From the IMG/VR virus record IMGVR_UViG_3300045988_160259, positions 64,001 through 128,000 of that record: DNA of 64,000 bases; one strand, written 5' to 3'. This DNA comes from a virus. The notes under the pieces were generated by a model. That model was not told the origin of the DNA. It worked only from the letters and a program-made list of their open reading frames with translations, and searched no databases. This document shows positions 41,202-50,226 of this stretch, piece by piece (positions within the stretch are counted from its first letter, which is position 1; each line of letters starts with the position of its first letter). A program made the position numbers and the translations under genes.

Positions 41202-42749
41202 ATGAAATATTTAGATTTTACTTTAATGGTAGATAAAAATAATAAACCATGTGTACCGATTTTAAACGGTAGAGCTGGTTATTTGCTTAGAAATAATAAA
41301 GCAAAAATTATTAATCATGATCCATTAGTAATAAAACGAATAGACGATTATAAGAGTGATTTTGAAAATAGGGATATTTTCGAGTTAAAAATTGATAGTG
41401 GATATTTGAACATAGGATTTTCTGTCAGTGATAATTATCATGAGTATTTAGCTGGACAAGTCGAATTATTAAAAGGAATGTCGGATAGATTAACAAATCG
41501 AAATGGATATCGAAGAACACGAAGATCCAGAATTAGGTACAGGAAAAATAAAAATGTTGATTACAAAACCATACATAATCAAACATATAAAAATGGAAAT
41601 GAAGAAGGATGGTTTGCTCCATCAATACAACATAAAATTGATTCACATATTCGTTTAATAGATAAAATTGCGTCATGGGTTCCAGTAGATAAGGTAATTG
41701 TAGAAGTTGCTAAATTTGATATCCAGATGATAAAAGCTTTAGCTGACGGGAAAGAAATATCAGGAAAAGATTATCAAAATGGAGAAATGAAAGGATATGA
41801 AAATGCAGCAGCTTATGTTAGAGATAGAGATAAACATACATGTCGGTTGTGTGGCGCAAATAAAAATGTTGTGATTGAAGTTCATCATATCCAACCGCGT
41901 TCAAAGGGAGGAACCGATAAACCAAGTAATCTAATATCTTTATGTCATAGTTGTCATCGGAAGGTGCATTCCAATAATAACGACAATAAATATTTTGAGA
42001 AAGTCAAGAGTATGAAGTTATCGGATACATACAAAGACAGTACTTATATGAATATGGTTCGTTGGGAACTTTTTGAAAGGCTTTCTGGCAAATATGACGT
42101 CAAAGTTGGGTATGGATATCAAACAAAAATTAATAGAAGGAATGCCGGTTTAAGAAAATTTCATTATACGGATGCTGTTTGTATTAATGATTACAAGGAT
42201 GTGACACTGACGGAGAATATCTATATTGTAGATCAAAAACGATGCAATGACAGGAGTATGGAGACATTTAGTGATGCAAAATACATAGATGTACGTGATG
42301 GAAAAGAAAAAAGTGGTAATACATTATATAAAGAAAGGCTTCCAAATGCTCCGTCTAAACGAGTCACACAAAAAGAATATATAAACAATATGAGACAATT
42401 TCGTGGTAAGAAAATTAAACCTGGTAAACGCACTTTTGTTTGTAATTCATATTGTTTGAAATGTGGAGATTTAATTTACATAAGTAGTGGAACGCATAAA
42501 GGAAATATCGCAGAAGTAGAATCCATGCAAAAACTACCTAATGGCAATTTCAAAATACGATTTACATATAAAGCACAAACAGTCAAATACCCTTCTATAA
42601 GTATAAAACCAGAAGAATATGAATTATTAAAGAGCAATTTATTAGACAAAGTAAAAATTGTAAGAACAAGGCGCGGAATGATTTGGAGAAAATATAATCG
42701 TCTAGAGTACGAAGCGACCCATACGGATCAAGAAGGAATGGCTGTATAA
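41202..42749 (+). CDS. iscB: IscB-like RNA-guided RuvC/HNH nuclease (CRISPR-associated, Cas9-ancestor architecture)
   Basis: 515 aa. PLMP-type N-terminus VDKNNKPCVPILNGRAGYLLRNNKAKII; RuvC-I LKIDSGYLNIGFSV (D65); Arg-rich bridge helix RNGYRRTRRSRIRYRKNK; GWFAPSIQHKIDSHIRLI...KVIVEVAKFD (RuvC-II E168); HNH CRLCG..EVHHIQPRSKGGTDKPSNLISLCHSCHRKVH; RuvC-III RKFHYTDAVC. Only about 45 aa separate the bridge helix from RuvC-II, so there is no REC lobe. SD aaaggaga upstream. Confidence 0.85.
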   Translation: MKYLDFTLMVDKNNKPCVPILNGRAGYLLRNNKAKIINHDPLVIKRIDDYKSDFENRDIFELKIDSGYLNIGFSVSDNYHEYLAGQVELLKGMSDRLTNRNGYRRTRRSRIRYRKNKNVDYKTIHNQTYKNGNEEGWFAPSIQHKIDSHIRLIDKIASWVPVDKVIVEVAKFDIQMIKALADGKEISGKDYQNGEMKGYENAAAYVRDRDKHTCRLCGANKNVVIEVHHIQPRSKGGTDKPSNLISLCHSCHRKVHSNNNDNKYFEKVKSMKLSDTYKDSTYMNMVRWELFERLSGKYDVKVGYGYQTKINRRNAGLRKFHYTDAVCINDYKDVTLTENIYIVDQKRCNDRSMETFSDAKYIDVRDGKEKSGNTLYKERLPNAPSKRVTQKEYINNMRQFRGKKIKPGKRTFVCNSYCLKCGDLIYISSGTHKGNIAEVESMQKLPNGNFKIRFTYKAQTVKYPSISIKPEEYELLKSNLLDKVKIVRTRRGMIWRKYNRLEYEATHTDQEGMAV

Positions 42750-42769
42750 ATAAGAAAAGAGGTGAAAAT

Positions 42770-42925
42770 ATGCTACTTACAATTTTAAGAATCATTCTAA
42801 TTATCTTCGCCTGGTTAAATCTAATTGAAGAGAAGCCAGAACGAAAAAGTGAAAAGGCTTTATGGATCACTATTATTGTAACTACTGTGGTTGAGCTAGT
42901 GTATAGCTTTTTCGGAATATACTAA
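42770..42925 (+). CDS. hypothetical small membrane protein (51 aa)
   Basis: SD aaagaggtg upstream; MLLTILRIILIIFAWLNLIEEKPERKSEKALWITIIVTTVVELVYSFFGIY (two hydrophobic helices). Confidence 0.5.
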   Translation: MLLTILRIILIIFAWLNLIEEKPERKSEKALWITIIVTTVVELVYSFFGIY

Positions 42926-42938
42926 CGGAGAATAGTAG

Positions 42939-43059
42939 GTCATGCGATTTAACATGCTTAAAAATGAGGTCGGAAATGGTTCCCGACGCACTCTGCAAAG
43001 AGTACCTGAGATGATGGATACGCCGCCCATCCATTTTTAGGCATTTCAAATCGCATGAC
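42939..43059 (+). ncRNA. structured non-coding element (multi-stem RNA or attenuator) downstream of the iscB locus
   Basis: Closing 12-bp helix GTCATGCGATTT 42939-42950 / AAATCGCATGAC 43048-43059. Inner hairpins: GTCGG..CCGAC, ACTCT-GCAA-AGAGT (GNRA loop), and ATGGAT-acgccgccc-ATCCAT followed by TTTTT. An alternative pairing of TAAAAATG 42959-42966 with CATTTTTA 43032-43039 competes with the terminator-like hairpin. Confidence 0.45.
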
Positions 43060-43127
43060 TGAAATATAAAACGCGATGAAAGGCACATTTCTTTAGAGAA
43101 TATATAAACAGAAAGAAGGAGTAAAAC

Positions 43128-43580
43128 ATGGCAAAAGAATTAACAGGCTATATAGCCGTAGCAGGAATTAATCTTATGGGGAAGGAAGAATATTTTGCAA
43201 TTTATAACGATGGCTATAAATACGAAAAAGGAGATAAAGTATTAGTTACTGGCCATCGTAGAGGTCAAATTTTAACAATTCAAAATATTCTTACGTTGGA
43301 TGATATGACGCATGTTCATGAAAATGAAAAAATCACACAGGAAATTGTTTGTAAAATCAACCCAAGCGCCATTGATATGACGGCCTACGAAGATCGAGAG
43401 AAAAGACGAAAAGAATTAGCAAAAATACAATATAAAAAACATCAGTTAAGACAAATGATGGATAATATTATTCAGTCAACAAAAGATGATAAAAAAGATG
43501 AGATTTTTGCAGAAACGAATCCAAGATTTGCAAAGCTTCTGGAAGAGTATAAAGAATTATCAAAAGAAGTGGAGGAGTGA
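43128..43580 (+). CDS. hypothetical protein (150 aa)
   Basis: ORF; SD gaaggag upstream. Confidence 0.7.
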   Translation: MAKELTGYIAVAGINLMGKEEYFAIYNDGYKYEKGDKVLVTGHRRGQILTIQNILTLDDMTHVHENEKITQEIVCKINPSAIDMTAYEDREKRRKELAKIQYKKHQLRQMMDNIIQSTKDDKKDEIFAETNPRFAKLLEEYKELSKEVEE

Positions 43581-43586
43581 TGAAAT

Positions 43587-44627
43587 ATGAGTTTCAAAGT
43601 AGGAGATATTGTAAGAGTTAAGGATTATAAAGACATTGATTGTTCTACTTTTGTGCCAAGTATGAAATGTTACTGTGGGCATAAATATATCATAACTGAA
43701 ATAACATTGTATTTTGATGGTAGTGCATATAAGTTAAATTGCGGTGCGGATTTTATATTTGAAGAAAAGTGTCTTGAAAAAGTTGTTGCAAACTTTGACT
43801 CAGGAAATAAAAATGATACATTTACATTCAACGCTAAAAAGGAGAACAAAGAAATGAGAAAACAGGAAGTAGGATTAACACAGAGGGAACGTATTGAAAA
43901 CAAAATGGAAGAGTATATCTATAAGTCTGGTGTATGCTCTGTCAATATCATCGTACCAAATCGAGTGGTGGAAGTGAATTTCGATGGTGATTTTTGGAAG
44001 AAAGTAAAAACAGTATGCGACAAAAATGATATCTTCTCTCTTGAAAGAGCATTATACATCGCATACGCAAAACGACAATATAATGACGTGTATACGACAG
44101 AAGGTATTGAGAAGCAAGCTGATGAGTTTAAATATAGAAAAATTTATGTATCTAAAGTCAAGAACGCTCTGAAAGTATATGAATGTCAGCAGAAGCTCGC
44201 TGCATTAGATAAAGAAGAGGAAGAAATTAAACTTCGTCAGAAACAGAAACGTCATGAGAGAAATGAACGACGTCGTGCAAGAAGAGCAGAAGAAGCAACT
44301 AAAAAAGAAGAAGAGAGAAGAAATGAACAGATTGCAATTCAGAAAGAAGCATATCTTCAGGCAATGATGGCGTTTGAAGAAGGAAAAAAGAAACTCGAAT
44401 CTAAAAAAGAAGAGGAAGAAAAACAGACCAAATCAACAAAAGAAATCGTAAAAAAGGTTGAAAAACTGATTTCTGATGCAGAGAATACTACAGAAGATAC
44501 AAAGGAAAATAAAGAACCAGAAAAAGCAGATGTAGTTGGTGAAAATAATAAAGAAGAAAGTTCGGAGAATAATGTAAAAGAAGAAACAACCAATAAGATG
44601 AAGAAAACAGAGAGCAAAGTAGAGTAA
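43587..44627 (+). CDS. hypothetical protein with Lys/Glu-rich C-terminal half (346 aa)
   Basis: ORF; SD gtggaggag upstream; the C-terminal 150 aa are low-complexity, charged and coiled-coil-like. Confidence 0.75.
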   Translation: MSFKVGDIVRVKDYKDIDCSTFVPSMKCYCGHKYIITEITLYFDGSAYKLNCGADFIFEEKCLEKVVANFDSGNKNDTFTFNAKKENKEMRKQEVGLTQRERIENKMEEYIYKSGVCSVNIIVPNRVVEVNFDGDFWKKVKTVCDKNDIFSLERALYIAYAKRQYNDVYTTEGIEKQADEFKYRKIYVSKVKNALKVYECQQKLAALDKEEEEIKLRQKQKRHERNERRRARRAEEATKKEEERRNEQIAIQKEAYLQAMMAFEEGKKKLESKKEEEEKQTKSTKEIVKKVEKLISDAENTTEDTKENKEPEKADVVGENNKEESSENNVKEETTNKMKKTESKVE

Positions 44628-44671
44628 AAGATAACAAAATAGAAGAAAAACATAAAGAAGGAGAAAATATC

Positions 44672-46735
44672 ATGTTAGATCAGTTCGTAATTTTTAAGGA
44701 GAAGCTTCAGAAACATTTCAATAAAATGTCCGCAAATGCAGATAAGTTATTCGAAGTGGACGTAGACAAGGAGCTGCTGTGGGATACATATCTCGATAGC
44801 TTTGCGCCAGGAACGAACAATATTTTTAGAGAGAGAAGAGAACATGACTGTACCTGCTGCCGCCAGTTCATTCGTACAATCGGCGCTGTGGTTGTAATCA
44901 AGGATAATAAAATGGAGAGCATCTGGGATGTTGATATGTCTGGAACAATCTATGATCCAGTAGTTAGAGCACTTTCAACACTCATTCACGAATCGAAAGT
45001 TGTTGATGTATTTGTAAGCTATTTCAAGAATATTGGCACAGATAAGAACTTTGAAATGATCAACGGAAAATCGCATCAGTGGGATCATTTCTATATGGAA
45101 CTTCCTACGAAATTTGTTTTTGATTCTTATAGATCTGTTGGAGAGATTCAAGGTGAATATAGGGATATCCGGAATGTGTTCAAACGTTCTCTTGACGAGA
45201 TTACTATTGATTCTGTAGAGACAGTTTTAGAGTTGATCAATTCTAATACCCTGTATCGTGGAACAGAATGGAAAGTTCCACTTGTAGAATTCAAGAAGTA
45301 TAAAACAGAATATGATAAACTTCCAGAAGAAGAAAAAGATTTGTATGTTTGGGAGAAATCTCTGAAAGCAGGAGCTGTTATTGGCAAAATCAGAAACCAT
45401 TCTATTGGAACACTACTTGTAAATGTAAGTGAAGGAATGGATCTTGATACTGCAGTTAAAAAATATGAGCAGATCGTAGCACCCAGCAACTATAAAAGAA
45501 GTAAACCAATTTATACTCAGAGAATGCTGGACGATGCAAAGAAAACTCTGACAGAACTTGGGTATATGGATTCTCTGAAGCGTCGCTTTGCAAATCTGGA
45601 TGATATCACAGTAAATAATATTCTATTTTCTAATAAAGATGCAGCGAAGAGAATTTCTGGTGGAGAAGACATTTTTACAGAGATGTCAAAATCTGTAGCA
45701 GTTAATCCAAAGAAATTCTCTAGAGTAGAAGAAGTGACTGCACAGGATTTCGTAGAAAAGGTTCTTCCGACTGCGAAAGAGGTTGAAGTATTTGTAGAGA
45801 ATAAACATGAAAAGAATTTTGTTTCTTTAATTGCGCCAGAAGATCCTGGTTCTAAGACGATGTTTAAATGGAGCAATGGTCTAAGCTGGGCTTATACAGG
45901 TAATATTACTGATTCTGACATTAGACAGAATGTAAAGAACGCTGGTGGAAATGTAGATGGAGTGCTTAGATTCTCTATTATGTGGAACGAGGAACAGAAT
46001 GACAACAGTGATCTTGACGCTCACTGTATTGAACCAAATGGTCATGAAATCTATTTTGGTAGTGATAGAAAACCATCTATGTCGAAACTTGGTGGTCAGC
46101 TTGATATTGATGTGATTCAGCCATATAGAGATATGCCAGGGAAGCCAGCAGTGGAAAATATTACATGGCAGGACAAATCGAGAATGATTCCTGGCGCATA
46201 CAGATTCTTTGTAAATCAGTATACCAACCGAGGAAGTAAAGGATTTAAAGCAGAAATTGAATTCGATGGCGAGATCTATTCGTTTGAATACAATAACCCA
46301 GTGCGTGGAGACGTAGACGTCGCAGAAGTAATTATGGATAAGAACGGAAACTTTACCATCAAAGAAAAACTTTTTGGTCACTCGGCTACTTCTAGTAGAG
46401 AAGTATGGGGAGTACAGACAAATCAGTTTACACCTGTATCTGTAATCAGTTACAGCCCGAACTATTTTGATGAGCAGAATGGAATCGGGAATAAACATCT
46501 TTTCTTCTTCCTGAATGGATGCGTAAATTCAGAACAGCCGAATGGTTTCTTTGTGGAATATCTTAAGAATGAATTAATTCCACATCGTAAAGTATTTGAG
46601 GCACTTGGCGCAAAGTGTAGTGTAACAGACGTCGATGATCAGCTCTCTGGAGTTGGATTCAGTCTAACGCAGCGTAATGAGCTTATCGTTAAAGTAAAAG
46701 GTGCAACAGAAAGAATCATTAAAATTAAATTTTAA
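44672..46735 (+). CDS. hypothetical protein (687 aa), largest ORF in the window
   Basis: ORF; SD gaaggaga upstream; no family recognised with confidence. Confidence 0.8.
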   Translation: MLDQFVIFKEKLQKHFNKMSANADKLFEVDVDKELLWDTYLDSFAPGTNNIFRERREHDCTCCRQFIRTIGAVVVIKDNKMESIWDVDMSGTIYDPVVRALSTLIHESKVVDVFVSYFKNIGTDKNFEMINGKSHQWDHFYMELPTKFVFDSYRSVGEIQGEYRDIRNVFKRSLDEITIDSVETVLELINSNTLYRGTEWKVPLVEFKKYKTEYDKLPEEEKDLYVWEKSLKAGAVIGKIRNHSIGTLLVNVSEGMDLDTAVKKYEQIVAPSNYKRSKPIYTQRMLDDAKKTLTELGYMDSLKRRFANLDDITVNNILFSNKDAAKRISGGEDIFTEMSKSVAVNPKKFSRVEEVTAQDFVEKVLPTAKEVEVFVENKHEKNFVSLIAPEDPGSKTMFKWSNGLSWAYTGNITDSDIRQNVKNAGGNVDGVLRFSIMWNEEQNDNSDLDAHCIEPNGHEIYFGSDRKPSMSKLGGQLDIDVIQPYRDMPGKPAVENITWQDKSRMIPGAYRFFVNQYTNRGSKGFKAEIEFDGEIYSFEYNNPVRGDVDVAEVIMDKNGNFTIKEKLFGHSATSSREVWGVQTNQFTPVSVISYSPNYFDEQNGIGNKHLFFFLNGCVNSEQPNGFFVEYLKNELIPHRKVFEALGAKCSVTDVDDQLSGVGFSLTQRNELIVKVKGATERIIKIKF

Positions 46736-46752
46736 TAAAGGAGAATAAAATT

Positions 46753-47133
46753 ATGAGTGACATGTTTGAAAAAGCAGTAAAAGGTAAATATCGTTTCCCG
46801 TATAAAGGACAGATTACAGTAGAAGACTTGTATGATCTTCCGCTGGGATCGCTGGATACAGTGTTTAAGACGCTGAATGCAGAAGTAAAGAAGACGGATG
46901 AAGAAAGTCTGCTTCAGACCAAATCCGCGGAAGATGATATTCTTGCGACAAAGATTGAGATTGTAAAATATATCTTTAATGAGAAACTCGAAGAAAAGAA
47001 AAATCAGCAGGAAGCTGCAGAACGTAAAGAGAAGAAACAGAAGATTATGCAGATTATTGCTACAAAACAGGATGAAGCACTTCGAAACGCTTCCGTAGAA
47101 GATCTGCAGAAAATGCTTGATGAATTAGATTAA
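46753..47133 (+). CDS. hypothetical coiled-coil protein (126 aa)
   Basis: ORF; SD aaaggaga upstream. Confidence 0.7.
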   Translation: MSDMFEKAVKGKYRFPYKGQITVEDLYDLPLGSLDTVFKTLNAEVKKTDEESLLQTKSAEDDILATKIEIVKYIFNEKLEEKKNQQEAAERKEKKQKIMQIIATKQDEALRNASVEDLQKMLDELD

Positions 47134-47186
47134 AAAAATGGCTGGCTGGTATAAAACTGGTCAGCCAAACTTATAAGGTGATTATT

Positions 47187-47423
47187 ATGACGCAAGAAGA
47201 ACACGATCGAAAAATTCTTATTGAACGAGCAGCTGTAGAAGAACTTTTACTAAAAGAACATATTAGTGTTCCTACAGCGTATGAACGGGCCAGAGAATTG
47301 GAATACGAGAGAAAGAAATCTCTCTATTGGATGTGTCGATGCGATGGCACAGTAGCAGACGATGTATCGTTTGATGATTGGATAAAGAAATTTGATCAAG
47401 TAAGAGAGGAGAATAAACTGTGA
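47187..47423 (+). CDS. hypothetical protein (78 aa)
   Basis: ORF 47178-47423 trimmed to ATG after SD aaggtg. Confidence 0.6.
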   Translation: MTQEEHDRKILIERAAVEELLLKEHISVPTAYERARELEYERKKSLYWMCRCDGTVADDVSFDDWIKKFDQVREENKL

Positions 47424-47932
47424 AAACATTAATTGTTGTAGATGTACAGAATGATTTCGTAAATGGGAGCCTTGGATCGGAAGAAGCACAGGCGATCATT
47501 CCGAATGTAAAAAAGAAAATTGAGGAGTATTACAATCGTGGAGATCAAATTATCTTTACAAGAGATACGCATTATGACGATTACTTAAATACTCCGGAGG
47601 GAAGAAAACTTCCAGTAAAACATTGTATTTTTGGAACAAATGGATGGAAGGTTGTGAGCGACCTTGTGGTTCCTAACTGCAGATATGTAAACAAAAGTAC
47701 TTTTGGAATTTTGCAGTGGAGAAATATGACATGGATTGGAGATGGTGGTATCGATCTGGTCGGTTTGTGTACGGATATATGTGTAATTTCAAATGCATTA
47801 GTACTTAAAGCTATGTTTCCAAATACGGAAATTACAGTAGACGCAGGCTGTTGCGCGGGATCTACACCAGAGAGACATAAGGCAGCACTCGAAGTTATGA
47901 AAAGTTGCCAGATTAATGTGATTGGAGAATAG
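47420..47932 (+). CDS. pncA: isochorismatase-family hydrolase, probable nicotinamidase (PncA-like)
   Basis: KTLIVVDVQNDFVNGSLG (catalytic Asp), NKSTFG (Lys), VGLCTDICV (Cys); GTG start overlapping the previous stop. Confidence 0.7.
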   Translation: MKTLIVVDVQNDFVNGSLGSEEAQAIIPNVKKKIEEYYNRGDQIIFTRDTHYDDYLNTPEGRKLPVKHCIFGTNGWKVVSDLVVPNCRYVNKSTFGILQWRNMTWIGDGGIDLVGLCTDICVISNALVLKAMFPNTEITVDAGCCAGSTPERHKAALEVMKSCQINVIGE

Positions 47933-47936
47933 AGAT

Positions 47937-48752
47937 ATGATTACTTTAAATAGTAAAGAAGTAAAAGTAGAACACTTTCCAGATGGAACACAGAGAATCG
48001 TACTAGATGATTGTTTTTATCAGAAATATAACAACATTACATGGAAGTATGAAAAAGAAGAAGAACTTTCAACGCTGATTTATATTACAAAACATTTAAA
48101 AAATTTTCCATATATTAAATCAATTGATCTTACAATGTTTTATCTTCCGAATGCCAGAATGGACAGAATCTATGATCATGGCGAGGTTTTTACATTAAAA
48201 GGGTTCGCTGATGTTATTAATTGGCTCGAATTTGATAGAGTAGAGGTACTTGATGTTCATAGTAATGTTGGAGCAGCGCTTTTGAATAGAGTATATGTCT
48301 TTAATCCAAGAGAATATATTGATGAAGTAATTGAGCAGATTAGTAAAGAAAATCTTATTCTTTATTTTCCGGATGCCGGTAGTTCGAAAAGATATTCTGG
48401 ATTGTTTTCTGACATTCCGTATTGCTATGGTGAGAAAAATCGAGATTGGAATACAGGAAAAATTCTTGGACTCAAAATCAGAGATAACGGTATTGATCTT
48501 AAGGGTAAAAAAGTTTTGATGATTGATGACATCATTTCATATGGCGGTTCTTTATATTATAGTGCAAAAGCGTTGAAAGAACGTGGCATAGATAGAATTT
48601 ATGCTTATGCATCACATACCGAAAATTCAGTTCTTGATAGAGAAAAAGGAACATTAATCAAATCACTTGATGATGGAACAGTTGAAAGATTATTTACGAC
48701 AAATAGTCTTTTTACAGGAAAACATGAAAAGATCACAGTTATGGAGGTCTAA
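47937..48752 (+). CDS. ribose-phosphate pyrophosphokinase (Prs)-like protein; candidate ADPR-pyrophosphate synthetase (Adps) of NARP1
   Basis: N-terminal FPDGT..I and C-terminal GKKVLMIDDIISYGGSLYYSAKALKERGIDRIYAYASHT (PRTase/Prs nucleotide-binding loop). Start moved to ATG after SD ggagaata. Confidence 0.65.
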   Translation: MITLNSKEVKVEHFPDGTQRIVLDDCFYQKYNNITWKYEKEEELSTLIYITKHLKNFPYIKSIDLTMFYLPNARMDRIYDHGEVFTLKGFADVINWLEFDRVEVLDVHSNVGAALLNRVYVFNPREYIDEVIEQISKENLILYFPDAGSSKRYSGLFSDIPYCYGEKNRDWNTGKILGLKIRDNGIDLKGKKVLMIDDIISYGGSLYYSAKALKERGIDRIYAYASHTENSVLDREKGTLIKSLDDGTVERLFTTNSLFTGKHEKITVMEV

Positions 48753-48753
48753 T

Positions 48754-50226
48754 ATGAGAAACATTTCTTTTATGCTGATGGCAGACACATATAAAAATAC
48801 AAATCCAGATGCTCTTCCGGCAGGTCTTACAAAATTAACTTCCTATATTACTCCAAGAAAGTCAATGTTTAAAAATCTGAATGAAGTAGTGTTCTTTGGA
48901 TTACAGGGCTTTATTAAGGAATATATGATTGAATTAGCAAACGAAACGTTCTTCAAAAGACCAAAAGAAGAGGTTGTTGCTGAGTACAAAAAATACTTAG
49001 ATAATCAGATCGGTTCCCAGAGCTATGATCTTGGACGTATCGAAAAATTATGGGATCTGCAGTATTTACCTGTAGAGATCAAAGCTCTTCCAGAAGGATC
49101 TGTTGTAACAATGGGAGTCCCGTGTATCGAGATGAGTAACGCACATCCGGATTTCGCATGGACGGTACAATGGCTGGAATGCATTATGCAGTCTTTTATT
49201 TTTGGGACATGCAACTGGGCAACTGTAGGTCATAAATATAAAACACTTGCAAATGAATTTTACGAGAAAACTACAGATGGTGCTAATCCTGCAATGGCTA
49301 TGGCGGATTTTGGATTCAGAGGACTCGGCATTGAGAACGGAGTTCATGCAAGTTCTTCATGGCTGCTATCTTTCAATAAAACTTCTACAATTCCTGCAAC
49401 TCAGTATATTGATAAAATGTACGATGCGGATTGTGTTAAGAACCATATTGGTATTGGAGCAGTTAGCCTGGAACATGCAACCGTATGCAGTAATCTGGCT
49501 GTATGCGAGACAGAAGAAAATCTGTTAAGAAGATTACTGATTGATACATATAAGAATACATCTTTCAGTTATGTCTCTGATACATTTGATTACTGGAACC
49601 TTATTGACGAAACACTTCCAAAACTGAGAAAAGAAATTGAAGAGCATAATGGTAAATTCCTTGTACGTCCTGATAGCGGCGATATCGTTGAGATTTCAGT
49701 AAAAACTGTTCAGAAATTATATCAGCTTTTTGGTGGAACTGTAAACTCAAAAGGTTATAAGGAGTTAAATCCAAAAATTGGAATCATTTACGGAGATGGT
49801 TGTCAGTACAGTAAGATCAAAGAGATTTGGACACAGCTTGAAGGATTAGGATTTGCAGCAGATACGATTCTTTTTGGAGTAGGTGCGTTTTCTTTCTCTG
49901 CAATGTGTACGCCAGAAGATGGAATGGTTTGCTTAACAAGAGATACTTTTGGATTTGCAATGAAGAGCACCTATTGTGTAATTGATGGCAAAGAATATAC
50001 CATTCAGAAGAATCCAAAAACAGATAAAAATAATTTAAAGAAATCACATAAAGGTCTTTGCCGTGTTGTGAAAGAAGGTAATAATTTTGTATGCCATGAT
50101 GGATATACAGAAGATACGATTCCAGAAGAAAATGAATTAAAACTTATCTTTAAAAATGGAGAATTAGTAAAAGAGCAGACATTTGGAGAAATCAGAGAAA
50201 GACTGAATGGAGAAAGCTATGATTGA
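48754..50226 (+). CDS. nicotinamide phosphoribosyltransferase (NAMPT/NadV)-family protein; candidate Namat of NARP1
   Basis: LMADTYK, MADFGFRG, LVRPDSGD, IIYGDG and LFGVG are NAMPT-family motifs. Start moved to ATG after SD tggaggt (ORF track 48667). Confidence 0.75.
   Translation: MRNISFMLMADTYKNTNPDALPAGLTKLTSYITPRKSMFKNLNEVVFFGLQGFIKEYMIELANETFFKRPKEEVVAEYKKYLDNQIGSQSYDLGRIEKLWDLQYLPVEIKALPEGSVVTMGVPCIEMSNAHPDFAWTVQWLECIMQSFIFGTCNWATVGHKYKTLANEFYEKTTDGANPAMAMADFGFRGLGIENGVHASSSWLLSFNKTSTIPATQYIDKMYDADCVKNHIGIGAVSLEHATVCSNLAVCETEENLLRRLLIDTYKNTSFSYVSDTFDYWNLIDETLPKLRKEIEEHNGKFLVRPDSGDIVEISVKTVQKLYQLFGGTVNSKGYKELNPKIGIIYGDGCQYSKIKEIWTQLEGLGFAADTILFGVGAFSFSAMCTPEDGMVCLTRDTFGFAMKSTYCVIDGKEYTIQKNPKTDKNNLKKSHKGLCRVVKEGNNFVCHDGYTEDTIPEENELKLIFKNGELVKEQTFGEIRERLNGESYD

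Noticed and set aside
41202-42749. Calling the nuclease a miniature Cas9 (type II-C/II-D)
   Set aside because: At 515 aa, with only about 45 residues between the bridge helix and RuvC-II, there is no REC lobe. It also has a PLMP-type N-terminal domain. That is IscB architecture, not Cas9. The array makes it CRISPR-associated, but I cannot justify a Cas9 subtype.
44200-44627. Possible tandem DNA repeat behind the Lys/Glu-rich region (also 60560-60790)
   Set aside because: Reading the nucleotides shows purine-rich, biased codon usage (AAA/GAA/AAG) but no exact repeating unit. It is low-complexity coiled-coil coding sequence, not a tandem repeat or array.
47134-47177. Terminator hairpin after 46753-47133 (TGGCTG...CAGCCA)
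   Set aside because: Only a 6-bp stem with a 17-nt loop and no U-run. This is too weak to call.
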